Assembly: GCA_050486305.1 (NCBI GenBank) | Contig: JBJHDA010000001.1 | Coordinates: 115,071-179,070, forward strand | Direction: 5' to 3' | Length of the DNA: 64,000 nt | Origin: Candidatus Saccharimonadota bacterium | GTDB taxonomy: Bacteria > Patescibacteriota > Saccharimonadia > Saccharimonadales > SLHW01 | Program-made: the position numbers and the translations under genes | Part shown: positions 19,065 through 27,658 of the stretch, one piece after another | Layout: each line of letters begins with the position of its first letter | Numbering within the stretch: position 1 is the first letter of the stretch | The notes under the pieces: model-generated | Databases searched by the model: none | Told to the model about the DNA's origin: nothing | The model's input: the letters and a program-made list of their open reading frames with translations, nothing else

Positions 19065-19820
19065 ATGCAGCCAGACAACCAAACAAACCCTCAAGTGCAA
19101 CAGCCGTATCAGCAGCCAGCAGCGCCAGCTCCTACCGGGGCTGCGCCTGAGTATCAGGCAGCGTCACAGTCAAAGCACAATCATTCGAAGCTGTTTCTGA
19201 TTCTCTTTATCGTGTCAACACTGCTGTTCCTTGGTGCCGCAGGCTTTGGGACATGGGCGTTTTTGGAGCGGAACGAGTATAAAAACGAGACCGATGCGAT
19301 TGTCGCTCAAGAAGTAGAGGAGGCAGTAGCTGAAAATACCGCAGAGCTTGAGGCAGAGTTTATTGAGCGCGAGAAAGAGCCGCTTACGTCATACACGAGC
19401 CCGGCAGCTTATGGCGGGGTACAGATAGATTACCCGAAAACGTGGTCGGCATACGTAAAAGAGAGCGACAGAGGCAACCGGCCGGTTGAAGGGTATTTTC
19501 ACCCGAACTTTGTGCCTGATGAGAATGGGGATACGCTCATTGCCTTAAAGGTGGAGGTGACTAACACAGACTATCAACGATCGCTCCGCAGCTTTGAAAG
19601 CGCAGCTCGGAATGAGCGCGTGACAATAAGGCCTATAGAGGCGCAAAACGTTGACGGTGTCGTTGGCTCACGTGTCGATGGCGAGATAAGCCGCGGCGTC
19701 CAGGGGACTGTCGTTTTGTTTGAGCTTCGCGACAAGACGCTGATACTTACGACCGAGTCCACCGAGTTCCGAAACGATTTCGACAACATTATATTGGCCA
19801 ACCTCTCCTTCAATCCATAA
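19065..19820 (+). CDS. Membrane-anchored protein, unknown function (P/Q-rich N-terminus, one TM helix, extracytoplasmic domain)
   Basis: It has one TM helix (LFLILFIVSTLLFLGAAGFGTWAF). The YPKTWSAY motif resembles YPDTWSLF in the product of 31435-32250, which suggests a paralogous family. Confidence 0.6.
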   Translation: MQPDNQTNPQVQQPYQQPAAPAPTGAAPEYQAASQSKHNHSKLFLILFIVSTLLFLGAAGFGTWAFLERNEYKNETDAIVAQEVEEAVAENTAELEAEFIEREKEPLTSYTSPAAYGGVQIDYPKTWSAYVKESDRGNRPVEGYFHPNFVPDENGDTLIALKVEVTNTDYQRSLRSFESAARNERVTIRPIEAQNVDGVVGSRVDGEISRGVQGTVVLFELRDKTLILTTESTEFRNDFDNIILANLSFNP

Positions 19821-19940
19821 AGCCGGTACTATCGGCTACCGAGAGAGCCTGCCCGTTTGCCGCAAAACATGCGGTAGCATCTGTTTGATTGCTGCGGTAT
19901 ACTAGCGTGTATAACGGGGGTAATAAATACCAAAAATCAC

Positions 19941-20636
19941 ATGGGTATTGAACAAAAATCTGTAACAGCTGAGAGGGACTCCCGCCAGGAGCGGTCATTG
20001 GCGCTGCAAGTGCAACAGGCATTGTTACAGATATCCCAGTATGCCCAGATTGGCACGGATAGCGGCGAAGAAATCGACATCGTTGCCCGGCGAACGCTAG
20101 ACATGGTTAATTGTTATCTGCTCGGCAGCCAATCAGAGCATCAAATGCAGCTGCAGCTTGAGTCGATATCACTTGGTTCAATTGCACAAGACGTCTTGCA
20201 CCATTTAACCCCTACGGCGCGGCAATATGGCTGTAAGCTCCAGTTAAAATCTGCTGGGTCGGGACACCTGATTTTCGCAGACAAGCAGATGACAAAGGCA
20301 GCATTGGTATCGCTTGGTCACAGCCTGATTGAGCAAGCGGCTACCAGTAGCGATAACGGCGAAATCGTTCTTGCGTTACGGGGCAAGACCGAAACACAGA
20401 CCGCCGGTATATTTTCGCCGAACGTCAGCGTGAAGGCACGGTCGCTCAATCAGCTCCGCTTGCTTACCGGCATGGCATCAAAGCAGTGCGCGCCATTTGC
20501 AGGCACCGGTACAGGGATAGCCTTGGCGGATGCGCTGCTGCAGAAGATGGACAAACAGTTGTTCGTCTCTCGGTTTCAGCGTGCTTCAGGCTTTGCGGTA
20601 TCGTTTGATCAGAGCAAGCAGCTACAAATCGTTTAG
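19941..20636 (+). CDS. Degenerate histidine-kinase-like cytoplasmic protein (no H-box His, N-box not conserved)
   Basis: A helical DHp-like N-terminus lacks the HExxxP box. The C-terminal ATPase-like region retains a G2-like GTGTGIALADALLQKM motif and has ALVSLGHSLIEQA in place of the N-box. Confidence 0.5.
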   Translation: MGIEQKSVTAERDSRQERSLALQVQQALLQISQYAQIGTDSGEEIDIVARRTLDMVNCYLLGSQSEHQMQLQLESISLGSIAQDVLHHLTPTARQYGCKLQLKSAGSGHLIFADKQMTKAALVSLGHSLIEQAATSSDNGEIVLALRGKTETQTAGIFSPNVSVKARSLNQLRLLTGMASKQCAPFAGTGTGIALADALLQKMDKQLFVSRFQRASGFAVSFDQSKQLQIV

Positions 20637-20644
20637 TTACCAAA

Positions 20645-21031
20645 ATGGCACATATTCTTATCATCGAACCGGACAAAATCCTTGCCAAGCAGTATTCTCA
20701 AGCTTTGCTTGATGATAATCACAAGGTTTCTCTCGCTACTGGAGCAGAGTCCGCACTACCGATTCTAGATGAGAAGGTAGATGTTATCGTGTTGGAGCTC
20801 CAGCTCGGTCAGCATAATGGCCTGGAGTTTCTGTACGAGATACGCAGCTACGATGACCTAGCAGATGTGCCGGTAATCATCTTAAGTAACGTAAACCCAG
20901 TGCATGTAACATCTGCCGAGACGTACAAGCTGCTCACTATTGCAGCATATCTATATAAGCCAGAGACGAAGCTTTCTAAATTACGCGATACCGTTTCGGA
21001 TACATTGCAGGCCCGCGCAGGGAAGTCATGA
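20645..21031 (+). CDS. Atypical receiver-domain protein (Glu at the phospho-acceptor position)
   Basis: The receiver fold motifs are recognisable (ILIIEPD, PVIILSN, YLYKP). However, the canonical Asp is replaced: DVIVLELQLG versus the usual DxxxxDxxxP. At 128 aa it has no output domain. Confidence 0.7.
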   Translation: MAHILIIEPDKILAKQYSQALLDDNHKVSLATGAESALPILDEKVDVIVLELQLGQHNGLEFLYEIRSYDDLADVPVIILSNVNPVHVTSAETYKLLTIAAYLYKPETKLSKLRDTVSDTLQARAGKS

Positions 21032-21726
21032 AGCGAATCGTCACCACCGGAATAGTGTTGCGGCGGGTGGATTACGGCGAGGCAGACAGAATCGTTTCGG
21101 TCCTTACGCATGACCAAGGCAAAGTAACGCTGTTTGCCAAGGGCGTACGTAAGCCAAAGTCCAAGCTGGCTGGGGGAATCGAGCTGTTTTCGGTAAACGA
21201 TCTGACGTTCATCCCCGGTAAAGGATCTATGGTAACGTTGGTATCCAGCCGGCTGCTTGAGCATTTTGGCCATATTATCCACGACTATGACCGCATGATG
21301 TATGCCTACGCACTGCTAAAGGCAATTGATAACGTAACCGAAGATACAGCCGGGGAACCGTATTTTATATTTATGCGCGAGGCGCTCGCAGGCTTGGATG
21401 ATGATGCGCTCTCGCTCGATAAAGTCCAGCTTTGGGCGAGCACCAGGCTGTTGGCTATCCTTGGGAATGTGCCGAACCTGCTGACCGACACAGCAGGAAA
21501 CCAGCTGCAGCAGGAGGCAATGTATCAGTTCTCGCTAGAGGACATGGGTTTTATGGCACATGAGAGTGGCCTGTACGATGCGAACACTATCAAGCTCATC
21601 CGGTTCGTAGCCGGCGCGGAGAGCCCGCTCCAGCTCAAGCGGCTCCAGGCAGATGCAGCGCTTTTCCAGCCAGCGCGTCTACTCATGCAGCAAGTCGCTA
21701 GCGAAACACTGCAGCTAGAGCTTTAG
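21028..21726 (+). CDS. recO: DNA repair protein RecO
   Basis: The N-terminal OB region GIVLRRVDYGEADRIVSVLTHDQGKVTLFAKGVRKPKSKLAGGIELFS is typical RecO. It has an ATGA overlap with the preceding gene. Confidence 0.85.
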   Translation: MKRIVTTGIVLRRVDYGEADRIVSVLTHDQGKVTLFAKGVRKPKSKLAGGIELFSVNDLTFIPGKGSMVTLVSSRLLEHFGHIIHDYDRMMYAYALLKAIDNVTEDTAGEPYFIFMREALAGLDDDALSLDKVQLWASTRLLAILGNVPNLLTDTAGNQLQQEAMYQFSLEDMGFMAHESGLYDANTIKLIRFVAGAESPLQLKRLQADAALFQPARLLMQQVASETLQLEL

Positions 21727-21770
21727 GCGGTGGTATTTTCTCCTCCTTACAGATATACTAATCAGTAATT

Positions 21771-23138
21771 ATGAGTAAAAATACATCACTAGAAGACATT
21801 GTTTCGCTGTGTAAGCGGCGCGGTTTTATTTATCAGGGTTCAGAAGTGTACGGTGGTCTCGCCGGTACGTGGGATTACGGCCCGCTCGGGCTAACGCTCA
21901 AACGCAACATCATGAACCTCTGGTGGAAGACGTTCGTCGAAGACCGCGAGGATATGTACGGGGTGGATGCTGCGATTTTAATGAACCAAAAAGTCTGGCA
22001 GGCCAGCGGCCATGTAGATACGTTTAACGACCCTTTAATCGAAGATGTCGAGACGAAGAAGCGCTACCGCCTTGACCACTTGCTTGAAGACAACGGCGTA
22101 AAAGCCGAGGGAATGTCGCTTGAACAAATGACCCGAGCGCTCAAAGACAACGACATAAAAAGCCCAGACGGCAATGAGCTCGGCAACCCAGCCTTATTCA
22201 ATATGATGTTCGAAACTGCAGTCGGTCCGGTAAAAAACGAACATAGCAGGAGTTATCTACGGCCGGAGACAGCACAAGGAATTTTTACCAATTACAAAAA
22301 CGTCGTAGACAGCTTTTACCCAGACATGCCGTTTGGTATTGCACAAATGGGCAAGGCGTTCCGCAACGAGATTTCTCCGCGCGATTTCGTGTTCCGTAGC
22401 CGCGAGTTCGAGCAAATGGAAGTAGAATACTTCGTCCATCCAAATAATTGGGAAGAAAACTTCGATAAATGGGTTACAGACATCAAGAGTTTTTTGAGCC
22501 AGCTTGGCCTACCAGAAGACAGCGTACACGAGCACGAAGTGCCAGAAGAAGACCGGGCCCACTACAGCAAGCGCACCATCGACTTTATGTTCGATTACCC
22601 GCATAAAACGGACGAGCTACTCGGCCTGGCCTACCGCACAGACTTTGACCTAAAGAACATCCAAGACCACAGCGGCAAGAGCATGGAGTACATCGTAAAA
22701 GGCGGCGGCGAACGGTTTATCCCGCACGTTATTGAGCCAAGCTTTGGTGTAGAGCGGGCACTTATGGCCGTACTCGTCAGTACCTATACAGAAGACGAGG
22801 TAAACGGCGAAAAGCGCGTATTCCTTAAGCTCCCAGAGCACCTCGCTCCAGTTAAGGTAGCTGTCAGTCCATTGCTAAAGAACAAGCCAGAGCTGGTAGA
22901 AAAGGCCAGGGAAGTCTACGCTACACTTAAAAAAGAATTCGGTAATGTTATGTGGGACGACAACGGTAACATCGGTAAACGCTACCGCCGACAAGACGAG
23001 ATTGGCACGCCATACTGCGTCGTCATAGACTTTGACACGCTAGAAGATGATACGGTGACGGTTCGGTATCGGAATACAACCGAGCAGAAGAGGGTAAAGA
23101 TTGATGAGCTGTCGGTCGAGCTTTCAGTGGAGCGATAA
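21771..23138 (+). CDS. glyQS: Glycine--tRNA ligase (dimeric class II type)
   Basis: SLCKRRGFIYQGSEVYGGLAGTWDYGPLG, the motif 2/3 regions and a C-terminal anticodon-binding domain; 455 aa. Confidence 0.93.
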   Translation: MSKNTSLEDIVSLCKRRGFIYQGSEVYGGLAGTWDYGPLGLTLKRNIMNLWWKTFVEDREDMYGVDAAILMNQKVWQASGHVDTFNDPLIEDVETKKRYRLDHLLEDNGVKAEGMSLEQMTRALKDNDIKSPDGNELGNPALFNMMFETAVGPVKNEHSRSYLRPETAQGIFTNYKNVVDSFYPDMPFGIAQMGKAFRNEISPRDFVFRSREFEQMEVEYFVHPNNWEENFDKWVTDIKSFLSQLGLPEDSVHEHEVPEEDRAHYSKRTIDFMFDYPHKTDELLGLAYRTDFDLKNIQDHSGKSMEYIVKGGGERFIPHVIEPSFGVERALMAVLVSTYTEDEVNGEKRVFLKLPEHLAPVKVAVSPLLKNKPELVEKAREVYATLKKEFGNVMWDDNGNIGKRYRRQDEIGTPYCVVIDFDTLEDDTVTVRYRNTTEQKRVKIDELSVELSVER

Positions 23139-23257
23139 GTGTAGCTTACTTCTTATTAGGCGAAGTGGGACTGGGAACGAGTTCTATGATTTGAACAACT
23201 GTATTTTTTTAAAGCAAATAAAAGTGTTGGTTGTTGATACCAAAGAAAAGCATAACG

Positions 23258-23569
23258 ATGAGTAAAGTAAATTATTTATTTAATTCTAGTGGTCAGTGGA
23301 TTGCTTTCAAGCTGGGTAGGTTCGTTTTTAATAAGAGTGGTAACTGGATAGGCTGGGAGCCATGGGGTGACGGATACATTGTTACCAAAGATGGAAAATA
23401 TTTAGGAAGCATAACCGGAAACAGGTTATATCGTTTTCACAGCCAACCCTACAGAGGCTACCCCGGCTACCCCGGCTATCCCGGCTACCCCGGCTATCCC
23501 GGCTATCCTGGTTACGCAGGGTATTCACCTTTGCCACCTGGTGCAGAAGATATCGCGGGGTTAGTGTAA
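23258..23569 (+). CDS. Small protein with 4-fold-beta-flower-like N-terminal domain and C-terminal (GYP)n repeat
   Basis: SGQWIAFKLGRFVFNKSGNWIGWEPWGDGYIVTKDGKYLGSITGNRLYRF shows repeated G-x-W/Y-hydrophobic units. This is followed by GYPGYPGYPGYPGYPGYAGY. ATG 23258 chosen. Confidence 0.55.
   Translation: MSKVNYLFNSSGQWIAFKLGRFVFNKSGNWIGWEPWGDGYIVTKDGKYLGSITGNRLYRFHSQPYRGYPGYPGYPGYPGYPGYPGYAGYSPLPPGAEDIAGLV
23456..23524 (+). repeat. In-frame 9-nt tandem repeat (GGCTAYCCC, about 7.5 copies) encoding (GYP)n
   Basis: GGCTACCCC GGCTACCCC GGCTATCCC GGCTACCCC GGCTATCCC GGCTATCCT GGTTACGCA GGGTAT, read directly from the sequence. Confidence 0.9.
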
Positions 23570-24228
23570 TGCCAGAACTAGTTACGTCCATGCCTTCAAT
23601 CCATGACGACTGCACCTGTCAAGTAGCCGGCAAGGTATATGAGACCGGGAAACAGACTTGCGAGAAATTATATGAATTATCGTGTTCGCAGTCAGAGAGC
23701 AAAGATGATTTACTCAGGGCAACGCTAGTTTTTGCTTGTTCAACAATAGACTCTGTAGGTAAGCAACTCGCAAATGACTGCCTTAAGGAGTTAATTGATA
23801 TTGATACAGGCGCACAAGAGTCCTTTGAAAACTATATCGCAAGAACAATTGAAAATGAATCGAAGAAGATTCTATCCCGAGCACTAGCAAGTCCTGACTA
23901 TAGAGGAGAGCTTATAAAAACACTAATAGAGAGCCTTGAAGCGAAGAGCCTACAGTCTCATGAGCAACTGAGTAGATTAACGGCGTATTTTGGAGTTATG
24001 ACAGATAAAGTGGTTTCTGTTTCCGATGCTAAAAAAATATTTGAAATAAGACAAATTATTATTCATGAGATGGATATTGAGCCAGCTAATTCTACTGGTA
24101 CGCCTGCACAGAGAAGGCAAAGAGCAGAAAACGAGCTGAAAGAGCATACAGAAAAAATATTAGTTGCCTCAAAAAATCTGATCCAGGAAGTTCATAATAA
24201 GATTCATGAGCCCAGAGCCGAAGGGTAA
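23569..24228 (+). CDS. Hypothetical protein with HEPN-like Rx4H motif (RiboL-PSP-HEPN-like candidate)
   Basis: All-helical 219 aa protein. It carries KKIFEIRQIIIHEMD (R-Q-x3-H) in the C-terminal third, the position and form of the HEPN RNase motif. The start overlaps the previous stop (TAATG). Confidence 0.5.
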   Translation: MPELVTSMPSIHDDCTCQVAGKVYETGKQTCEKLYELSCSQSESKDDLLRATLVFACSTIDSVGKQLANDCLKELIDIDTGAQESFENYIARTIENESKKILSRALASPDYRGELIKTLIESLEAKSLQSHEQLSRLTAYFGVMTDKVVSVSDAKKIFEIRQIIIHEMDIEPANSTGTPAQRRQRAENELKEHTEKILVASKNLIQEVHNKIHEPRAEG

Positions 24229-24532
24229 CGACACCTAATATCAAAATCTGATCCAGCCGATGGCTAACAATGGCTCTTTTCGCTAGCTTTTGCTTGATAA
24301 TTGCCATACTTTTCTCTGTATTGACAGGAGTACGTAAAACAACGCAGGCGGCAGGGGTTTCGTGGCGTATCTGTTGATGCAAAACAGGCTTGCTGTGGAA
24401 CTTGGAAATAACTTGTCACTGGCAAATTGTCACCTTCGAACAGTCCTCGCAGCCAAGCGCGCCTCTTTTGCACAACATCTGCCCAGGAAATCCCTGAGCC
24501 TGGAGGAGTGATGGAGTGTTATTATTTAACTA

Positions 24533-25936
24533 ATGAAATTATTTGATAAACCGGAATACCTAGAAGAAGTAGATGAGATTGATGAAATCGGCGGGGGTCA
24601 CGGTAAAGATAAGAATAGATTAGTCGAACATGTTGATTACTGGCTTGAATTAGGCACAAACAGGATAGTTGCGTATGTTGGGGCGTTTGGCTCGGGCAAA
24701 ACAGTCGTCCTCAATCGAGCAAAAGATGAATTTATTAAAAAGAAAAATGCTAAATGGGTGGACTTTGACATATGGCGATATTCAAACCGACAGCAAATAT
24801 GGGACGGGTTCGTAATTGAAACCATTTACCAACTATCCAGCAAAAAACGTAAAACAAAAAAAGATATCGCAAATGATCTTGACGCACCTCTGCTTCAAAG
24901 GTCCTCACTAGTTTATTCATTTATCAAGCGATTTTTTATTAAAAATAAAGGCCTAGACGGTGAGATTGCCACCTATCTTATATTATGGGCTATTTTAAGC
25001 CTAGCTCTCTGGGCACTTACACTAAATTATGAGGTCGCCTTCTTGAGAGCGTTTCTTATATATTCAGTTCCGGTATTTTTTATTGCATTGGCGCTAATGG
25101 GAATAAGGAGCCTAGAGGCGCGACGAGGCCTGCCAATTAAGAGGGTATTTTTATTAGAAAATGAACTGCGGAAAAAGCTGAAACGAGCCAAAAAACCAAT
25201 CGTTGTCGTTGTCGAGGATGTTGATAGGTCAGGTGAAGACGGGATGATTTTTATGGAGACATTGAGAAACTTTTTGAAGAAAGAAAGCTTTAATAAGCCC
25301 GTTGTAGTGATTGCCCCACAAGATAGAACATACTTTAATATTCTTCAAGAAAATTTTTCGGTCAGTCTAGATAGGGCGATTAAAATTTATGATGATGTGA
25401 TATATTCAAAAACCTCTAGAATTACAGGGAGCAGTATCGAGAATATACTTGACGGAGCAAAAATCAATCCAGAATATCGGGAAAAATTCGAGGAAATAAT
25501 CAGAGCTACGTTAAAAGGGTTCAATGCTCAAATGAATATACGAAAGCTGAAATTTATTTTGCGTGAATTAAACAATTTTGTAGAGGCGTATGATGGAGTT
25601 AATCCTGCGCTATGTCTTGTTCTTTTGTTTTCCAGGTATGTGTATGCGGAAGAAGGCAGGAATAATAACAAGAACAAGGTTCGCGTTTCACAAAGCCTCA
25701 ATGGGAAGAAAAAAGTCCGGCGCAAAAAGTCCAGCTTCGCAAGCAATAATTATGTTATACCATTTGGTAAGCTGATTTATAACATGTCAGGAGCAACAGA
25801 TGATTATGATGAATATGCTTTAAAGTACCGAGAAGGGCAATCAGAAGAAATTGAGACCGAGCAACAGAAGAGCGAAGTCGGCAATGTGATAGGACTAACT
25901 ATCTACTTGAAAGATAAATATAAGATGTTGTTATGA
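24533..25936 (+). CDS. KAP family P-loop NTPase with transmembrane insertion
   Basis: Walker A is VGAFGSGKTVV and Walker B is PIVVVVEDVDRSGEDG (KAP-type DxDR). Two to four TM helices (ATYLILWAILSLALWALTL..., LIYSVPVFFIALALMGI) are inserted between them, which is the defining KAP feature. Confidence 0.8.
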   Translation: MKLFDKPEYLEEVDEIDEIGGGHGKDKNRLVEHVDYWLELGTNRIVAYVGAFGSGKTVVLNRAKDEFIKKKNAKWVDFDIWRYSNRQQIWDGFVIETIYQLSSKKRKTKKDIANDLDAPLLQRSSLVYSFIKRFFIKNKGLDGEIATYLILWAILSLALWALTLNYEVAFLRAFLIYSVPVFFIALALMGIRSLEARRGLPIKRVFLLENELRKKLKRAKKPIVVVVEDVDRSGEDGMIFMETLRNFLKKESFNKPVVVIAPQDRTYFNILQENFSVSLDRAIKIYDDVIYSKTSRITGSSIENILDGAKINPEYREKFEEIIRATLKGFNAQMNIRKLKFILRELNNFVEAYDGVNPALCLVLLFSRYVYAEEGRNNNKNKVRVSQSLNGKKKVRRKKSSFASNNYVIPFGKLIYNMSGATDDYDEYALKYREGQSEEIETEQQKSEVGNVIGLTIYLKDKYKMLL

Positions 25937-26400
25937 GGGTTCAATACAGGGATAATAATTTAGAAGGGTGGAGGCCGAGTCGGGCGGAGGTTTTTGAATT
26001 TTTGAATGGGCAGCCGCTGGGTGTGTTGGCGAGCGTGGACAAGTCGGGCCAACCGCAGGTGGCAACGGTCGCGTTCTCGCAAACACCAGAATTATCACTT
26101 ATCATCGGTACGGACGAGCAGTCACGAAAAGCGGTAAACATTGTAAACGATCCACGCGTTGCGTTCGTAGTAACAGATGCTGAAGAGCGCTATACCGTAC
26201 AGCTAGAAGGCGCCGCCAAAATCCTCTCGAAAGAAGAGTTTGCAGCTTATGAGCAAGCACATTACGACAAGTTGCCGGCATCTGCACCGTTTAAAGACAT
26301 AAAAGGGCAGTGCTTTATCATAATCGAGCCGCACTACTTACGCTTTAGCGACTGCAACCCGCACCCGTGGGTCCTCACCGAGTTCACATTCGAAAAATAG
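25933..26400 (+). CDS. Pyridoxamine 5'-phosphate oxidase-like FMN-binding split-barrel protein
   Basis: 155 aa with LASVDKSGQPQVATVAF...LIIGTDEQSRKAVNIVNDPRVAFVV, the pattern typical of the PNPOx-like family. It has an ATGA overlap with the KAP gene. Confidence 0.65.
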   Translation: MRVQYRDNNLEGWRPSRAEVFEFLNGQPLGVLASVDKSGQPQVATVAFSQTPELSLIIGTDEQSRKAVNIVNDPRVAFVVTDAEERYTVQLEGAAKILSKEEFAAYEQAHYDKLPASAPFKDIKGQCFIIIEPHYLRFSDCNPHPWVLTEFTFEK

Positions 26401-26419
26401 CCCTCGCAACAGCCAAGCG

Positions 26420-26449
26420 CTAAACACGCAAGTCGACTTGCGTGTTTAG
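26420..26449. terminator. Perfect 30-nt palindrome (hairpin), member of a 3-copy palindromic element family
   Basis: CTAAACACGCAAGTCGACTTGCGTGTTTAG lies downstream of the PNPOx-like gene. Degenerate copies are at 26951-26979 and 62698-62722. Confidence 0.6.
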
Positions 26450-26496
26450 TCGCGCTCGTGCTTTTAATCTCTCACCAGTGCTGTATATTTTTACAT

Positions 26497-26919
26497 ATGA
26501 GTAAAGAGCAGCGTGTTACCTACTTAAATTCAAGGCTCTATGGCAAGCACGAACCCGGCAGAATAATGGAGGACAGACTTGAAATGGAGCTGCCGTATAC
26601 ATTTATGGCGCGGCTAACTGGCGGTGAGCACGAGGCGCTGCAAACGAGCATAAAAGTAGTCGGCAAAGAAGTGGTTGATAAGCTTGTGGTCGTTAATTTT
26701 GTATACCTGAATAATGACCTGGAAGATATGGACCGAGCTACAGGAGCATTTTGGAACGGCTACATTATTCCGAGAGGAAACCACACCTTTGTGTCCGATG
26801 AGCGAAACAGTTCTGACACGTTAGAAATCGGGTATCTGCGAGATTACTTTGACGTACAGTTTGGCGATATGTTGCGATACTATGCCGAGGATGCGCGCCC
26901 ACCCCAGGCAGGCGAATAA
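26497..26919 (+). CDS. Hypothetical protein, module gene A1 (paralog of 28452-28862)
   Basis: LYGKHEPGRIMEDRLEMELPYTFMARLTGGEHEALQTSIKVVGKEVVDKLVVVNF aligns with EYRRHEPDRLGFDDIETGELYTLMAKLDSTERQAARNTVRLLGVTATDRLVTVMF. ATG 26497 chosen. Confidence 0.6.
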   Translation: MSKEQRVTYLNSRLYGKHEPGRIMEDRLEMELPYTFMARLTGGEHEALQTSIKVVGKEVVDKLVVVNFVYLNNDLEDMDRATGAFWNGYIIPRGNHTFVSDERNSSDTLEIGYLRDYFDVQFGDMLRYYAEDARPPQAGE

Positions 26920-26950
26920 TAAAAATTAAAAATATATTACTCAAAATCAT

Positions 26951-26979
26951 TTAGCACACAAGTTGACTTGCGTGTTGAG
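26951..26979. repeat. Degenerate copy of the CACGCAAGTCGACTTGCGTG palindromic element
   Basis: TTAGCACACAAGTTGACTTGCGTGTTGAG lies just downstream of gene A1. Confidence 0.55.
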
Positions 26980-27054
26980 TAACCCTTTTGCGGCAAGCCC
27001 AGCGCCTGTGGTGCGTATGCTATTATATTGGGACATTTTAGAGAAGAGTTAATT

Positions 27055-27645
27055 ATGGAACGTTACGAACGCGCCGGAAGAATTTATACGGGAGAGCCAG
27101 ACCCTGAGGTAGAGGCTAGGATATGGCCGCCGTCAGAACGGCGGCTTAAAGTAGACCCGAACAGTCTGTTTGGCATTTTTGCCGAGGCAATTGGCATAAA
27201 AACCTTTGGCGATCTGCGGTATATTGAGCGCAACGCCAAGCTACAAAAAACCAAAGCGGATAGAATAAACGCGACCGTACTTGATGTCATGACAGAGATG
27301 AGTAGAAGCAGCGGCAGCGGTGTCGTTGCGGAAAGTGAGTATGGTCAAATGGAGCGCTTGCTGTATCGGAAACAAACGCCTGGAAACAACGATGATTCCG
27401 TGCAATTTTACGTTGTGCGAGTGGATGAGGCGGGCGAGACAACCAAGTGGTATGGCGCACCGACCCATCATGTGCAGCCAGAGAATGAAGTCGTACCTTT
27501 GCCAGGAGCAGGTGAGCCAACGGTTGCGTTTGACTATGTTCAGTTTGATACGCCGCGCCAGCTCGTTGTGTTCTTGAATAATCAAGCAAAGGTATTGCGT
27601 AATGCATTAAGCGAATGCAGCCTTGGCAAAATGGCAACAGCATAA
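27055..27645 (+). CDS. Hypothetical protein, module gene B1 (paralog of 28941-29477)
   Basis: Both paralogs start MER... and share FY..V..AGE..(K)WYGAP.H......E..PLP and a conserved C-terminal region. No known family recognised. Confidence 0.6.
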   Translation: MERYERAGRIYTGEPDPEVEARIWPPSERRLKVDPNSLFGIFAEAIGIKTFGDLRYIERNAKLQKTKADRINATVLDVMTEMSRSSGSGVVAESEYGQMERLLYRKQTPGNNDDSVQFYVVRVDEAGETTKWYGAPTHHVQPENEVVPLPGAGEPTVAFDYVQFDTPRQLVVFLNNQAKVLRNALSECSLGKMATA

Positions 27646-27658
27646 AGCAGAAGAGTAA

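Noticed and set aside
24229-24510. The 300-nt spacer between the HEPN-like and KAP genes is GC-richer, with minus-strand ORF fragments (24264-24473 and 24092-24382) that might be a gene remnant.
   Set aside because: The translations show no recognisable motif and one of them overlaps the HEPN-like gene 3' end. I cannot tell a pseudogene from noise by eye, so a blastx would be needed.
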